A stretch of 64,000 nucleotides of DNA, from contig JAJBVL010000029.1 in assembly GCA_020859845.1 (NCBI GenBank), forward strand, positions 2,574 to 66,573, read 5' to 3'. The DNA is from Bacteroidales bacterium. GTDB taxonomy: Bacteria; Bacteroidota; Bacteroidia; Bacteroidales; Muribaculaceae. Both the position numbers and the translations under genes were made by a program. The notes below the pieces were generated by a model, which was not told where the DNA came from, made no database searches, and was given only the letters and a program-made list of their open reading frames with translations. The first letter of the stretch is position 1, and every line of letters begins with the position of its first letter. Positions 1-6,813 of this stretch are shown here, one piece after another.

Positions 1-954
1 ATCATGAGATGTTGTATTTGTCAATATTACCGGAACTGTATGTGCCCATTTTCCTGCGCTTACACTTGTTCCATCAGTACCTACAGAAAATAGCTCAACT
101 GTAAAGTTTATGGTAATGGTTTCTTGGTTAGGAATTAAGAAGAAAGCATCTGTTTGCGCTGTGCCTACCGTCGATACACCATATGAACCTTGAGTATTAT
201 TCGCAAACATCAAAGAACTGGTCTTAAGATCGGTTGCAGACGTATTTGCGAAATTATAACTAATGGTATTAGTTTCTGAGGTTGGGGTCCATTCTAAATT
301 TTGATTAGAAGTAGAGGAGGCTACTGAAGAAAGATCAAGGGTTCCAGTTGAAGCAGAGGTTATGCTAACACCAGAAATCTGAATCTGTGCTCCTTCTGAG
401 GGAAAGAGGTTGTCAAATTGTAGTCGAACTTGGCTCAGAAGATGGTTGAAAGTGAAACTAACAGCAGTGTTGTTAGCACTAGCATTGGTTACAGTTGCAA
501 AAGCATAAACTAAATCTTGAGAACCATTATTAATCCAATTAATAGACCCATGATAATAATTAAGAAGGTCATCGGCTGCTAGAGTGGACTCGGTAAAAGT
601 GAAACTAGCAGAAACAGGTCCTATAGCTGTAAAAGCATAGTTATTGCCAGGGGTCCAATAGCGGAGTGGCTCGTAAGTCCAAGCAGAATTTTCTGTAACA
701 AAGGAAACCGTTACATTGTTAAAAATGTTTGCCACGTCGTTAGTACCATCAGTTGGATTCACCATATCACCCCAAACTTTAAATCCAGTCTGAAGCGATG
801 TCGCAGTGGTTGCTGTTCCTCCTCTGGTGGAGTTGTTCACGTGGGCTTGGTCGAAGCCGATGGCGGTGGTGGCGGTGGGGACCTCTACCACCTCGTCGTT
901 GGAGCAGCTCGCAAGCATGCCTGCTGCTGCGAAGATGAGCATGAATCTTTTCAT
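1..954 (-). CDS. Fimbrillin-family (Mfa/FimA-like) lipoprotein; the C-terminus runs off the window edge.
   Basis: The minus-strand frame is open from the ATG at 954 to position 1, so it has no stop in the window and is absent from the ORF track. The N-terminus MKRFMLIFAAAGMLASCSN is a lipoprotein signal with a Cys. The sequence is Thr/Ser/Asn-rich. It is the last gene of a DUF3575/DUF5119-type operon. Confidence 0.55.
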   Translation of the reverse strand, partial: MKRFMLIFAAAGMLASCSNDEVVEVPTATTAIGFDQAHVNNSTRGGTATTATSLQTGFKVWGDMVNPTDGTNDVANIFNNVTVSFVTENSAWTYEPLRYWTPGNNYAFTAIGPVSASFTFTESTLAADDLLNYYHGSINWINNGSQDLVYAFATVTNASANNTAVSFTFNHLLSQVRLQFDNLFPSEGAQIQISGVSITSASTGTLDLSSVASSTSNQNLEWTPTSETNTISYNFANTSATDLKTSSLMFANNTQGSYGVSTVGTAQTDAFFLIPNQETITINFTVELFSVGTDGTSVSAGKWAHTVPVILTNTTSHD

Positions 955-1050
955 CTTAGATTGTTTTGGTTAATAATTGGTTGTTATTGAGTATTATATG
1001 TATTGGTTTTTTCCTTGGGTTGACGTCCAAAGGGCTAAAGGGAAACAGGG

Positions 1051-2094
1051 TTAGAGGGGGAGGGGAATGTCGTTCCATTCGCCCCAGTCGTCGACAGTGA
1101 CATCGAATGCTCCGGAGTCTTCCTTGGCATCCTCGTCGGAGATATACACTCCGCCCACTTCTATCACCCCTCCGCGTGGCTGCGTGGCCATCGCTTCGGT
1201 GATGTTCCAGTCGAAGTTGAATATCTTGCCGTTGCCGAGTCTCACCTCCAGATTGAGGCCATACTCGTCGGCACCGCGTGAATACTCGGGATTGGGATAA
1301 TTAGGCGCGCCAAAAGATAGCACCCTCGCTTCTATGCCCCAGTCTTTTATCTCGCAGTCGTAGAGCACAGTGACTATTTCGTCGGTAGTGTAGCCAGTGG
1401 TGAGTTTCACGCCCTCAGCCATTCCAGCCATAGCGCCGCGAGCCAGCCTGACGTATTCCAGGCCGTGGTCGAAATAGTAGCGCACGAGGTAGGTGAACAC
1501 CAGTGGGCGCATCGTCACCTCCAGCACCTCTGGCGTAGGGCTATTTACCGCCTTGTAATCATCCACGAAGTAGCCAAACAGCGGGTCGGGAGGATTGACG
1601 GTGTATTCGGTGCGCGATGTAGAGGTGCTAAGCATTGGATTGCCCACGTAAGAGGCGCGTGAGCGACCGCGCGTAGTGGCCTCGGCCTCCGACGATTCGG
1701 CCATGTCCTTGAAGACGATAAACTCCGTGTCGTTGTTGTACATCAGCAATTGGTGATTGCCTGGTGTCATCCCAACGACGCCACCCTCGGCCGAGCGGTT
1801 GTATTCATCGTAGCGCGTCGAGGTGTTGTAGACTATCACGCTGAGGCCGCTGGGACGGGCTGGGCGCAGACTGTCGTAAGGAGGCACGAGGCCGAGGTGG
1901 TCCCACTCCGCTTGCCAGTCGGTGCCATCGGCGTAGGTGCGTTGCCACTCCAGTTCCCACTGCGCACGTATCTCAACTTCGGCTCGATAGGCGTGGTCCC
2001 AGTGGTCGTAGCAAAGATCCTTCTGGTTGCAAGCGCTCAAGAGCATTGTGGCCAGCGCTGCTATGTAGGTTGATTTTATTCCGGGAAGTCTCAT
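1051..2094 (-). CDS. Fimbrial-operon lipoprotein, DUF5119-like (tentative).
   Basis: The 347-aa ORF has a lipoprotein signal (LLSAC). Its start overlaps the upstream stop by 4 nt (ATGA). It sits between a DUF3575 gene and a fimbrillin gene, as in Bacteroidales fimbrial loci. Confidence 0.45.
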   Translation of the reverse strand: MRLPGIKSTYIAALATMLLSACNQKDLCYDHWDHAYRAEVEIRAQWELEWQRTYADGTDWQAEWDHLGLVPPYDSLRPARPSGLSVIVYNTSTRYDEYNRSAEGGVVGMTPGNHQLLMYNNDTEFIVFKDMAESSEAEATTRGRSRASYVGNPMLSTSTSRTEYTVNPPDPLFGYFVDDYKAVNSPTPEVLEVTMRPLVFTYLVRYYFDHGLEYVRLARGAMAGMAEGVKLTTGYTTDEIVTVLYDCEIKDWGIEARVLSFGAPNYPNPEYSRGADEYGLNLEVRLGNGKIFNFDWNITEAMATQPRGGVIEVGGVYISDEDAKEDSGAFDVTVDDWGEWNDIPLPL

Positions 2095-3218
2095 TTTTCA
2101 CCTCCTTTCTTGTTGACATTACCGCGACCCAAGAGCCACACGAGCGACACTTCAAGTTTGGTGGGTCCGAAATAGTGGCGCTGTTTTGTGGCTTGCCACA
2201 CGTAGTGGTTGTCGATGGGTTTATAGTCATAGTAGGTGCCCCACAGATAGCCGATGCCTATTGAGAAGTCGATGTTCCATCGTCGGGCGATGGGGAGCGA
2301 GTAGCCATACTCGAGGCCAAAGGCATAGTTGGCCTTCTCCCATAGCGAACTGCCGGGCTTGCCAGCCATGTGGCCTTTGCCGCCAAACTCAAAGTCATAG
2401 ATAAGCATCTGGGCATACACCCCAGCATGATGGCCGGTCAATGGCTTGCGATGAGCCTTGGAGCCAAACCAGTATCGTCCCGTGATGTCGCCGCCATAGG
2501 CGCGCCAGTAGCGATGACGGCGGTCGGTCGACCACCAACCATAGGTCCAGTGGGCCGCCACCGAGATATTCTTCCCGCAATAGTATTCAAAAGCTATCGA
2601 AGGAAGCAGGGCAGCGTCGTATAGCATGTTGGTTTGCACCGACATGTAGCGGGGCGAGAGGGACCTTGGTGCTACAGAATCCTCTTGCAGGGAGGCTTGA
2701 CTCTGCGACTCCTCCACTTCTATTGGCGCTTCCTCTTCTTTAGTGACAGGTGTTACCATCGTCTCTCTCTTCTCTTGAGTGGCATTAAACGCATTATAGG
2801 GTGTAGCCACTATCTCGGCCAAAGCATAGCGCATGTAGGCTGGCACTATGGCGTCCATCCCTTTGCCTTCGGGATGGCGATACTCCACAGGCACATTGGT
2901 AGCTATACGGTATTGACTAAGCATCCGCTTCATGGCCTGTGCTCGTCGGGCGAGCAGACTGTCGTTGAAGCGTTCGGAGCCCTCCGGAGAGACACTTGTG
3001 ATGATGCGCGCCACTCGGCAACTGTCCATTGCGTGAGCCGTGAAGAAGCTATCAAGAGCCTCCAACGCTTGCTGATTCCCTCGATAGGAAGGGTAGATGT
3101 TGGAAGAACCTTGGCGAAACAGCACTCTGCAGCTTGTGGTGTCGGGGAGTAGGGAGTCTCGAGCACTGGCAATGAATGTTGTTAGCAAGAGAATGAGTAG
3201 AGATAAATGTTTAGACAT
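2091..3218 (-). CDS. DUF3868/DUF3575-type outer-membrane protein, the first gene of the fimbrial operon.
   Basis: The 375-aa ORF has a signal peptide. The C-terminal half (SVQTNMLYDAALLPSIAFEYY...RYWF...GHHAGVYAQ) matches the DUF3575 pattern I recall. Confidence 0.65.
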   Translation of the reverse strand: MSKHLSLLILLLTTFIASARDSLLPDTTSCRVLFRQGSSNIYPSYRGNQQALEALDSFFTAHAMDSCRVARIITSVSPEGSERFNDSLLARRAQAMKRMLSQYRIATNVPVEYRHPEGKGMDAIVPAYMRYALAEIVATPYNAFNATQEKRETMVTPVTKEEEAPIEVEESQSQASLQEDSVAPRSLSPRYMSVQTNMLYDAALLPSIAFEYYCGKNISVAAHWTYGWWSTDRRHRYWRAYGGDITGRYWFGSKAHRKPLTGHHAGVYAQMLIYDFEFGGKGHMAGKPGSSLWEKANYAFGLEYGYSLPIARRWNIDFSIGIGYLWGTYYDYKPIDNHYVWQATKQRHYFGPTKLEVSLVWLLGRGNVNKKGGEK

Positions 3219-3274
3219 CTAATTCGGAACTGTTTGCTTGTGAGTAATGGTTGTCTGAAACAGATATGTGGTCT

Positions 3275-3296
3275 GTCTCTTCATAGGAGACGGATA
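3275..3296. repeat. Left inverted repeat of the candidate invertible segment.
   Basis: GTCTCTTCATAGGAGACGGATA is the exact reverse complement of 3445-3466. Confidence 0.8.
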
Positions 3297-3429
3297 TTCT
3301 TTTTTAAGTGTCTGGAATTTAAAGGTTTATTTTTAGACTAAGCACTATTTCGAAGGGCCTAAAGAACTTTTCAGAAAATAAATCTTAAAAAAGATTGGAA
3401 ATAATTGCGTAGTTATCAGAATTATTCCT

Positions 3430-3437
3430 TACCTTTG
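3430..3437 (+). promoter_or_regulatory. Bacteroidetes -7 promoter motif TACCTTTG inside the invertible segment, currently pointing away from the fimbrial genes.
   Basis: This is the only TAnnTTTG match between the inverted repeats. It lies 7 nt inside the right repeat. Confidence 0.5.
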
Positions 3438-3444
3438 TCGCCGT

Positions 3445-3466
3445 TATCCGTCTCCTATGAAGAGAC
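3445..3466. repeat. Right inverted repeat of the candidate invertible segment.
   Basis: TATCCGTCTCCTATGAAGAGAC is a perfect 22-bp reverse complement of 3275-3296. Confidence 0.8.
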
Positions 3467-3492
3467 GGATATTTTTTACGCCCTTAAGGTCT

Positions 3493-4422
3493 CTAAAGGT
3501 CGTTAAGGATCAAATCGTTGGCTCGATTAATTTCATCAGAGGAGATTGACGCTAAGTATACTTGCGTAGTAGCTTCAGAGTCATGGCCAAGAGCATCGGA
3601 GATCACAGCCAATGGCACTCCCTTAGTCTTGGCAATCGTAGCCCAAGAATGACGGCTCACGTAGGTGGTGAGAAGAGAGGATAGTTCTATCATCTCGCCA
3701 AGTTTTTTCAAGGCGTTGTTGATGCGTCGCAATGCTGCCTCATACTGCTTGCGTTGGTCCTTGCCCTCCTTAGATAATATAGGGAGTATAAAAGGAGAGT
3801 CGGCGGGATGATACTTTTCAATGATTGAGCGGATGTGATCGTTGAGTCCCACTATGAGTTGTTGGTGAGTCTTGTGGCGGCGGTATACGATGTTATCGCT
3901 ATAGATGTCGGACATACGCAGATATGCAGCATCGATGAAACTCATTCCGCGACAGTAGAAGAGAAACAAGAAAATGTCGCGAGCCCATTCAAGACGCTTT
4001 TTACGCGAGAGGTCAAGTTCCTTCAAGCGCTTGATGTCACTCCACATGATGGCTCTCTTAGATGTCTTTTCAGCTTTTATTGACACATGCGAGAAAGGGC
4101 GAATGTCTGTGACCATTCCAAGCCTTACGGCGCGATTGTAGGTGGCGCGCAGTATGCGCATGTAAAAGGAGATCGTGTTGGGGCCTACGTTGCGATGGCG
4201 TAGCCATGCTTCATATTCCTCTACCTTTTCTTGGGTAATTTCTTGCATGGAAAGATTGGGTTGTTGGCAGAAGGCGGAGAAACTTTTGTAGGTTTTGGTG
4301 TAGGTGCGACATGTGCCGGCGCGGTCCATGGCTTTTAGGCGCTCGATGATGCCTTGCATGTGGTCGAAGAAGGTTGGCGTAGCCCCTTCGACCGAGTGAG
4401 TCCTTTGATTAATTTTTGTCAT
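3493..4422 (-). CDS. Tyrosine site-specific recombinase/integrase.
   Basis: The 309-aa ORF has a SAM-like N-domain and catalytic-region motifs (VSRHSWAT, LGHDSEATTQVYL). It lies directly upstream of the fimbrial operon. Confidence 0.9.
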   Translation of the reverse strand: MTKINQRTHSVEGATPTFFDHMQGIIERLKAMDRAGTCRTYTKTYKSFSAFCQQPNLSMQEITQEKVEEYEAWLRHRNVGPNTISFYMRILRATYNRAVRLGMVTDIRPFSHVSIKAEKTSKRAIMWSDIKRLKELDLSRKKRLEWARDIFLFLFYCRGMSFIDAAYLRMSDIYSDNIVYRRHKTHQQLIVGLNDHIRSIIEKYHPADSPFILPILSKEGKDQRKQYEAALRRINNALKKLGEMIELSSLLTTYVSRHSWATIAKTKGVPLAVISDALGHDSEATTQVYLASISSDEINRANDLILNDL

Positions 4423-4445
4423 TTCTGTCTTATCAGATTTGTCCT

Positions 4446-4471
4446 CTCTGCACTGCGAAAGCTACCGCAGA
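4446..4471. repeat. Conserved hairpin element, copy R1.
   Basis: CTCTGCACTGCGAAAGCTACCGCAGA lies 24 nt from the recombinase ATG. It is near-identical to 5590-5616 and 6109-6130. Confidence 0.85.
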
Positions 4472-4596
4472 TAGGGAAAAGGTGGTGATTAATTGATTGG
4501 TAAAGGGAATATAAATATTAATGGATGATTTTTAAAGTAAGCAGTTAATGAGGGTATATTACCGTATGTTGCTATTGAGGGATTAGCCAAGGGCAA

Positions 4597-4604
4597 CAAA
4601 TATA
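4597..4604 (-). promoter_or_regulatory. Candidate promoter motif for the recombinase gene.
   Basis: CAAATATA on the plus strand reads TATATTTG on the minus strand, about 175 nt upstream of the ATG at 4422. Confidence 0.3.
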
Positions 4605-4648
4605 AGAATAGTGTTGAGGTAGGAAAAGATTTTTCCGCTCTGTGGTAG

Positions 4649-4677
4649 TAATTTTGCCCTCAGAAACCGTATCTTTG
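4649..4677 (+). promoter_or_regulatory. Two tandem TAnnTTTG promoter motifs for the J-domain gene array.
   Basis: TAATTTTG is at 4649-4656 and TATCTTTG is at 4670-4677. The ATG is at 4702. Confidence 0.5.
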
Positions 4678-4701
4678 TAAAATCTTTATCTACCCCTACC
4701 A

Positions 4702-5526
4702 ATGAACGACAAAAAAGACATCATTGAAGCCTCTCTCTGCGGAGGGCTATCCTTAGAGCCATTCTTTTCTCCACTTTATGAGGAGATTGACGAGATGCGC
4801 CAGCGCTTCATCCAGCTATACACGCGCCGCGACCATCTGCTGAGCCACGAGCGCGACAATCTTTATTGCCGCTACGTGGAGCTGATAGGACGCCGCGTGT
4901 ACTCCAACTTCTGCCTCTCGGTGGAGGTGCGTGCCCTTAAGATGAAGGTGGAAATGGCCCAGGCAGCCGTCAACCACAACCAGCGCCCACGGCTCTCCGA
5001 AATCGAGGCGACCGTCCGCAGCCGTCTTGAGGACTACTACGAGGAGATGGCCCAGCGAGCAAAAGCCATCCGCGATGTCGAAGAAGCGGAGCGGATTGCT
5101 TCCTTCACAGTGACCGAACTACGCAATCTCTACCGCACACTCGTGCGACGACTCCATCCCGACCTCCACCCCGACCTTAGCGAGGAGATGATTGACCTGT
5201 TTATGAAGGGGCAAGCAGCCTACCGTTCGTATGACGTGGAGGTGCTTCGCGAGATTATCAAGCGTCTCGACATGGAGGGCGACCTCACCGAGTGCGTCAT
5301 CGCCGACCGCTCACCCGAGGAGACCCTCCGGCGCCTCGAGCAGGATGTCAAGAAGCTCGAGGACGAGATTGAGGCCCTCAAGGAGACATTTCCCTTCTGT
5401 CTGGAGATGAAGCTTCTCGATCCTGTATGGGTGAAGGAGCAGCAGGACGAGCAGGAGGAGGAGCGCTCACGCCTTGAGGCCCAACGAAAAATCTATGAGG
5501 AAAGACTATCCATTCTTGCTGGGTAA
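4702..5526 (+). CDS. J-domain (DnaJ-like) coiled-coil protein.
   Basis: The 274-aa ORF carries the segment ELRNLYRTLVRRLHPDLHPDLSEEMIDLFMKGQAAY, which resembles a J-domain helix II-HPD-helix III. The HPDL motif is duplicated. Charged coiled-coil-like regions flank it. Confidence 0.5.
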   Translation: MNDKKDIIEASLCGGLSLEPFFSPLYEEIDEMRQRFIQLYTRRDHLLSHERDNLYCRYVELIGRRVYSNFCLSVEVRALKMKVEMAQAAVNHNQRPRLSEIEATVRSRLEDYYEEMAQRAKAIRDVEEAERIASFTVTELRNLYRTLVRRLHPDLHPDLSEEMIDLFMKGQAAYRSYDVEVLREIIKRLDMEGDLTECVIADRSPEETLRRLEQDVKKLEDEIEALKETFPFCLEMKLLDPVWVKEQQDEQEEERSRLEAQRKIYEERLSILAG

Positions 5527-5580
5527 AAATACCTCCTCTGGGCGGTCGGCCGAGCCGGCCAACCTGGGAATTCCTTAAGC

Positions 5581-5621
5581 CCCTTTCTTCTCTGCACTGC
5601 GAAAGCTACCGCAGAGAAGGG
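5581..5621. repeat. Conserved hairpin element, copy R2 (core 5590-5616 plus an extended stem).
   Basis: The sequence is CCCTTTCTTCTCTGCACTGCGAAAGCTACCGCAGAGAAGGG. It lies in the gap between the J-domain gene and the HIRAN-like gene. Confidence 0.85.
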
Positions 5622-5667
5622 ATAAGAAATGGTGAATAGACAAAATTAATGTGACGATAGAATTAGA

Positions 5668-6072
5668 ATGAAATACGAAATACTTCCTATCAGCAAGGAG
5701 ATGCTCCAGCTCATTGAGCGCCAGGCTGGCGACCGACAGCTGCAGCCACTCACCCGCGAGATTCTCCTCCTGGAGCTGAAACTCGCTTCCACCACCTACT
5801 CCGAGGCTATGGCCGGTTGGGTAGAGGAAATGATCCCTGGCACAGAGTTGACGCTCGTGCGTACCCCCTCGGGCGACGACCTCTGCATAAGTGTGCTATA
5901 CCATGACCAGCGCATCGGCATCATCCCCATGGAGCAAAACGTAGTGATAGCGCGCCTGATGGATGCCGGCAAGATGCTCACGTGTCGTGTCAATCGCGCC
6001 ACGATAGAACACGACTTCATGTCCGGACGACCCTGGGTGAGAATCCTCGTGAAAATCTACCTAATCGATTAG
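5668..6072 (+). CDS. Standalone HIRAN-like domain protein (tentative).
   Basis: The 134-aa ORF contains LTLVRTPSGDDLCISVLYHDQRIGIIPMEQNVVIARLMDAGKMLTCRV, which follows the HIRAN pattern (L.L.REP.N..D..AI.V....IGY.p.e.a..la.lld.G). No promoter motif lies upstream. Confidence 0.45.
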   Translation: MKYEILPISKEMLQLIERQAGDRQLQPLTREILLLELKLASTTYSEAMAGWVEEMIPGTELTLVRTPSGDDLCISVLYHDQRIGIIPMEQNVVIARLMDAGKMLTCRVNRATIEHDFMSGRPWVRILVKIYLID

Positions 6073-6103
6073 GGACTTTGAAACCACTAATAGATTAGAC
6101 CTC

Positions 6104-6134
6104 CCCCTCTCTGCGAAAGCTACCGCAGAGGGGT
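6104..6134. repeat. Conserved hairpin element, copy R3 (core 6109-6130).
   Basis: CCCCTCTCTGCGAAAGCTACCGCAGAGGGG forms a perfect 7-bp core stem with an 8-nt loop. It lacks the 5-nt ACTGC duplication seen in R1 and R2. Confidence 0.85.
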
Positions 6135-6186
6135 TGGGATTATGTGTAGGTCTTTATAATGTGAATATAACTATAAATATAAGAAA

Positions 6187-6705
6187 ATGAACACTGTGAT
6201 ATTTAAATGGAATCCTGCGTTTTCATCGCAGACGATGTATTCCTACCTCTCCGAAATAATTCGAGGCAACTATGAGGGCAAGATGGAGGGCAACTGGTCG
6301 GCCTGGGAGTGGCAATCGATGATGCCCGACGACCGCTGGTATATGGTGAAGGTGGGCTATGGTGCCACTGGCATCGTGGGTTGTGGCACTCTCAAGGGAC
6401 GTCCCTATCGCGGCAAGGACTGGAGCGGTAAGGGTCGCGAGGTGTACTACGTCGACATGAAGACCGAAATGATGCTCAACCCCGACGCACTCCCCATACT
6501 GACGTCGCAGACGCTCACCGACCGTATCCCAGAGTTTGACTGGGATCGCGGCCATTCTGGCGCCGTGCTTCCCCCCGACGTGGCCGAGCGCCTCAACCGC
6601 CTATGGGATGCCTTCGTGGATGAGAATCGCGAACTCTTCATAGAGAAAGCCGAGCTCCCCACGCAGTACAACGACCGCATTTTCTGGAAGCGCTCCAAAA
6701 AATGA
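6187..6705 (+). CDS. Small PUA-like/EVE-like domain protein (tentative).
   Basis: The 172-aa ORF has the N-terminus VIFKWNP, then W..W, PDDRWYMVKVGYGATGIVGCGTL, and YYVDMK..L.P..L. This pattern resembles EVE-domain proteins. No promoter motif lies upstream. Confidence 0.3.
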   Translation: MNTVIFKWNPAFSSQTMYSYLSEIIRGNYEGKMEGNWSAWEWQSMMPDDRWYMVKVGYGATGIVGCGTLKGRPYRGKDWSGKGREVYYVDMKTEMMLNPDALPILTSQTLTDRIPEFDWDRGHSGAVLPPDVAERLNRLWDAFVDENRELFIEKAELPTQYNDRIFWKRSKK

Positions 6706-6764
6706 CCATATAAAAAATCGCAAGAAAACGGAGGCGAAGGATTGACATTTCCCCAAAAAATGTC

Positions 6765-6772
6765 TACCTTTG
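6765..6772 (+). promoter_or_regulatory. TAnnTTTG promoter motif.
   Basis: TACCTTTG lies 42 nt upstream of the ATG at 6814. Confidence 0.5.
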
Positions 6773-6813
6773 CCACCGTAAAACATAATCATTCATCAAG
6801 AGAAACTAAAACA

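Noticed and set aside
5535-5560. A GC-rich hairpin (GGTCGGCCG-AGC-CGGCCAACC) right after the J-domain gene, considered as a terminator that would split the three-gene array.
   Set aside because: It has no T-run, and the downstream genes lack promoter motifs. It more likely acts as an attenuator or stabiliser hairpin, so I did not call it a terminator.
4446-6130. A classical integron (intI, attI, attC cassettes).
   Set aside because: The layout is suggestive and is kept as a hypothesis in the findings, but it is not a classical integron. The elements are about 25-40 nt rather than 57-141 nt. No GTTRRRY core sites are visible. The last gene lacks a 3' site. The first gene has its own promoter motifs. 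The recombinase resembles fimbrial-switch/Bacteroidales integrases rather than IntI, as far as I can judge without a profile search.
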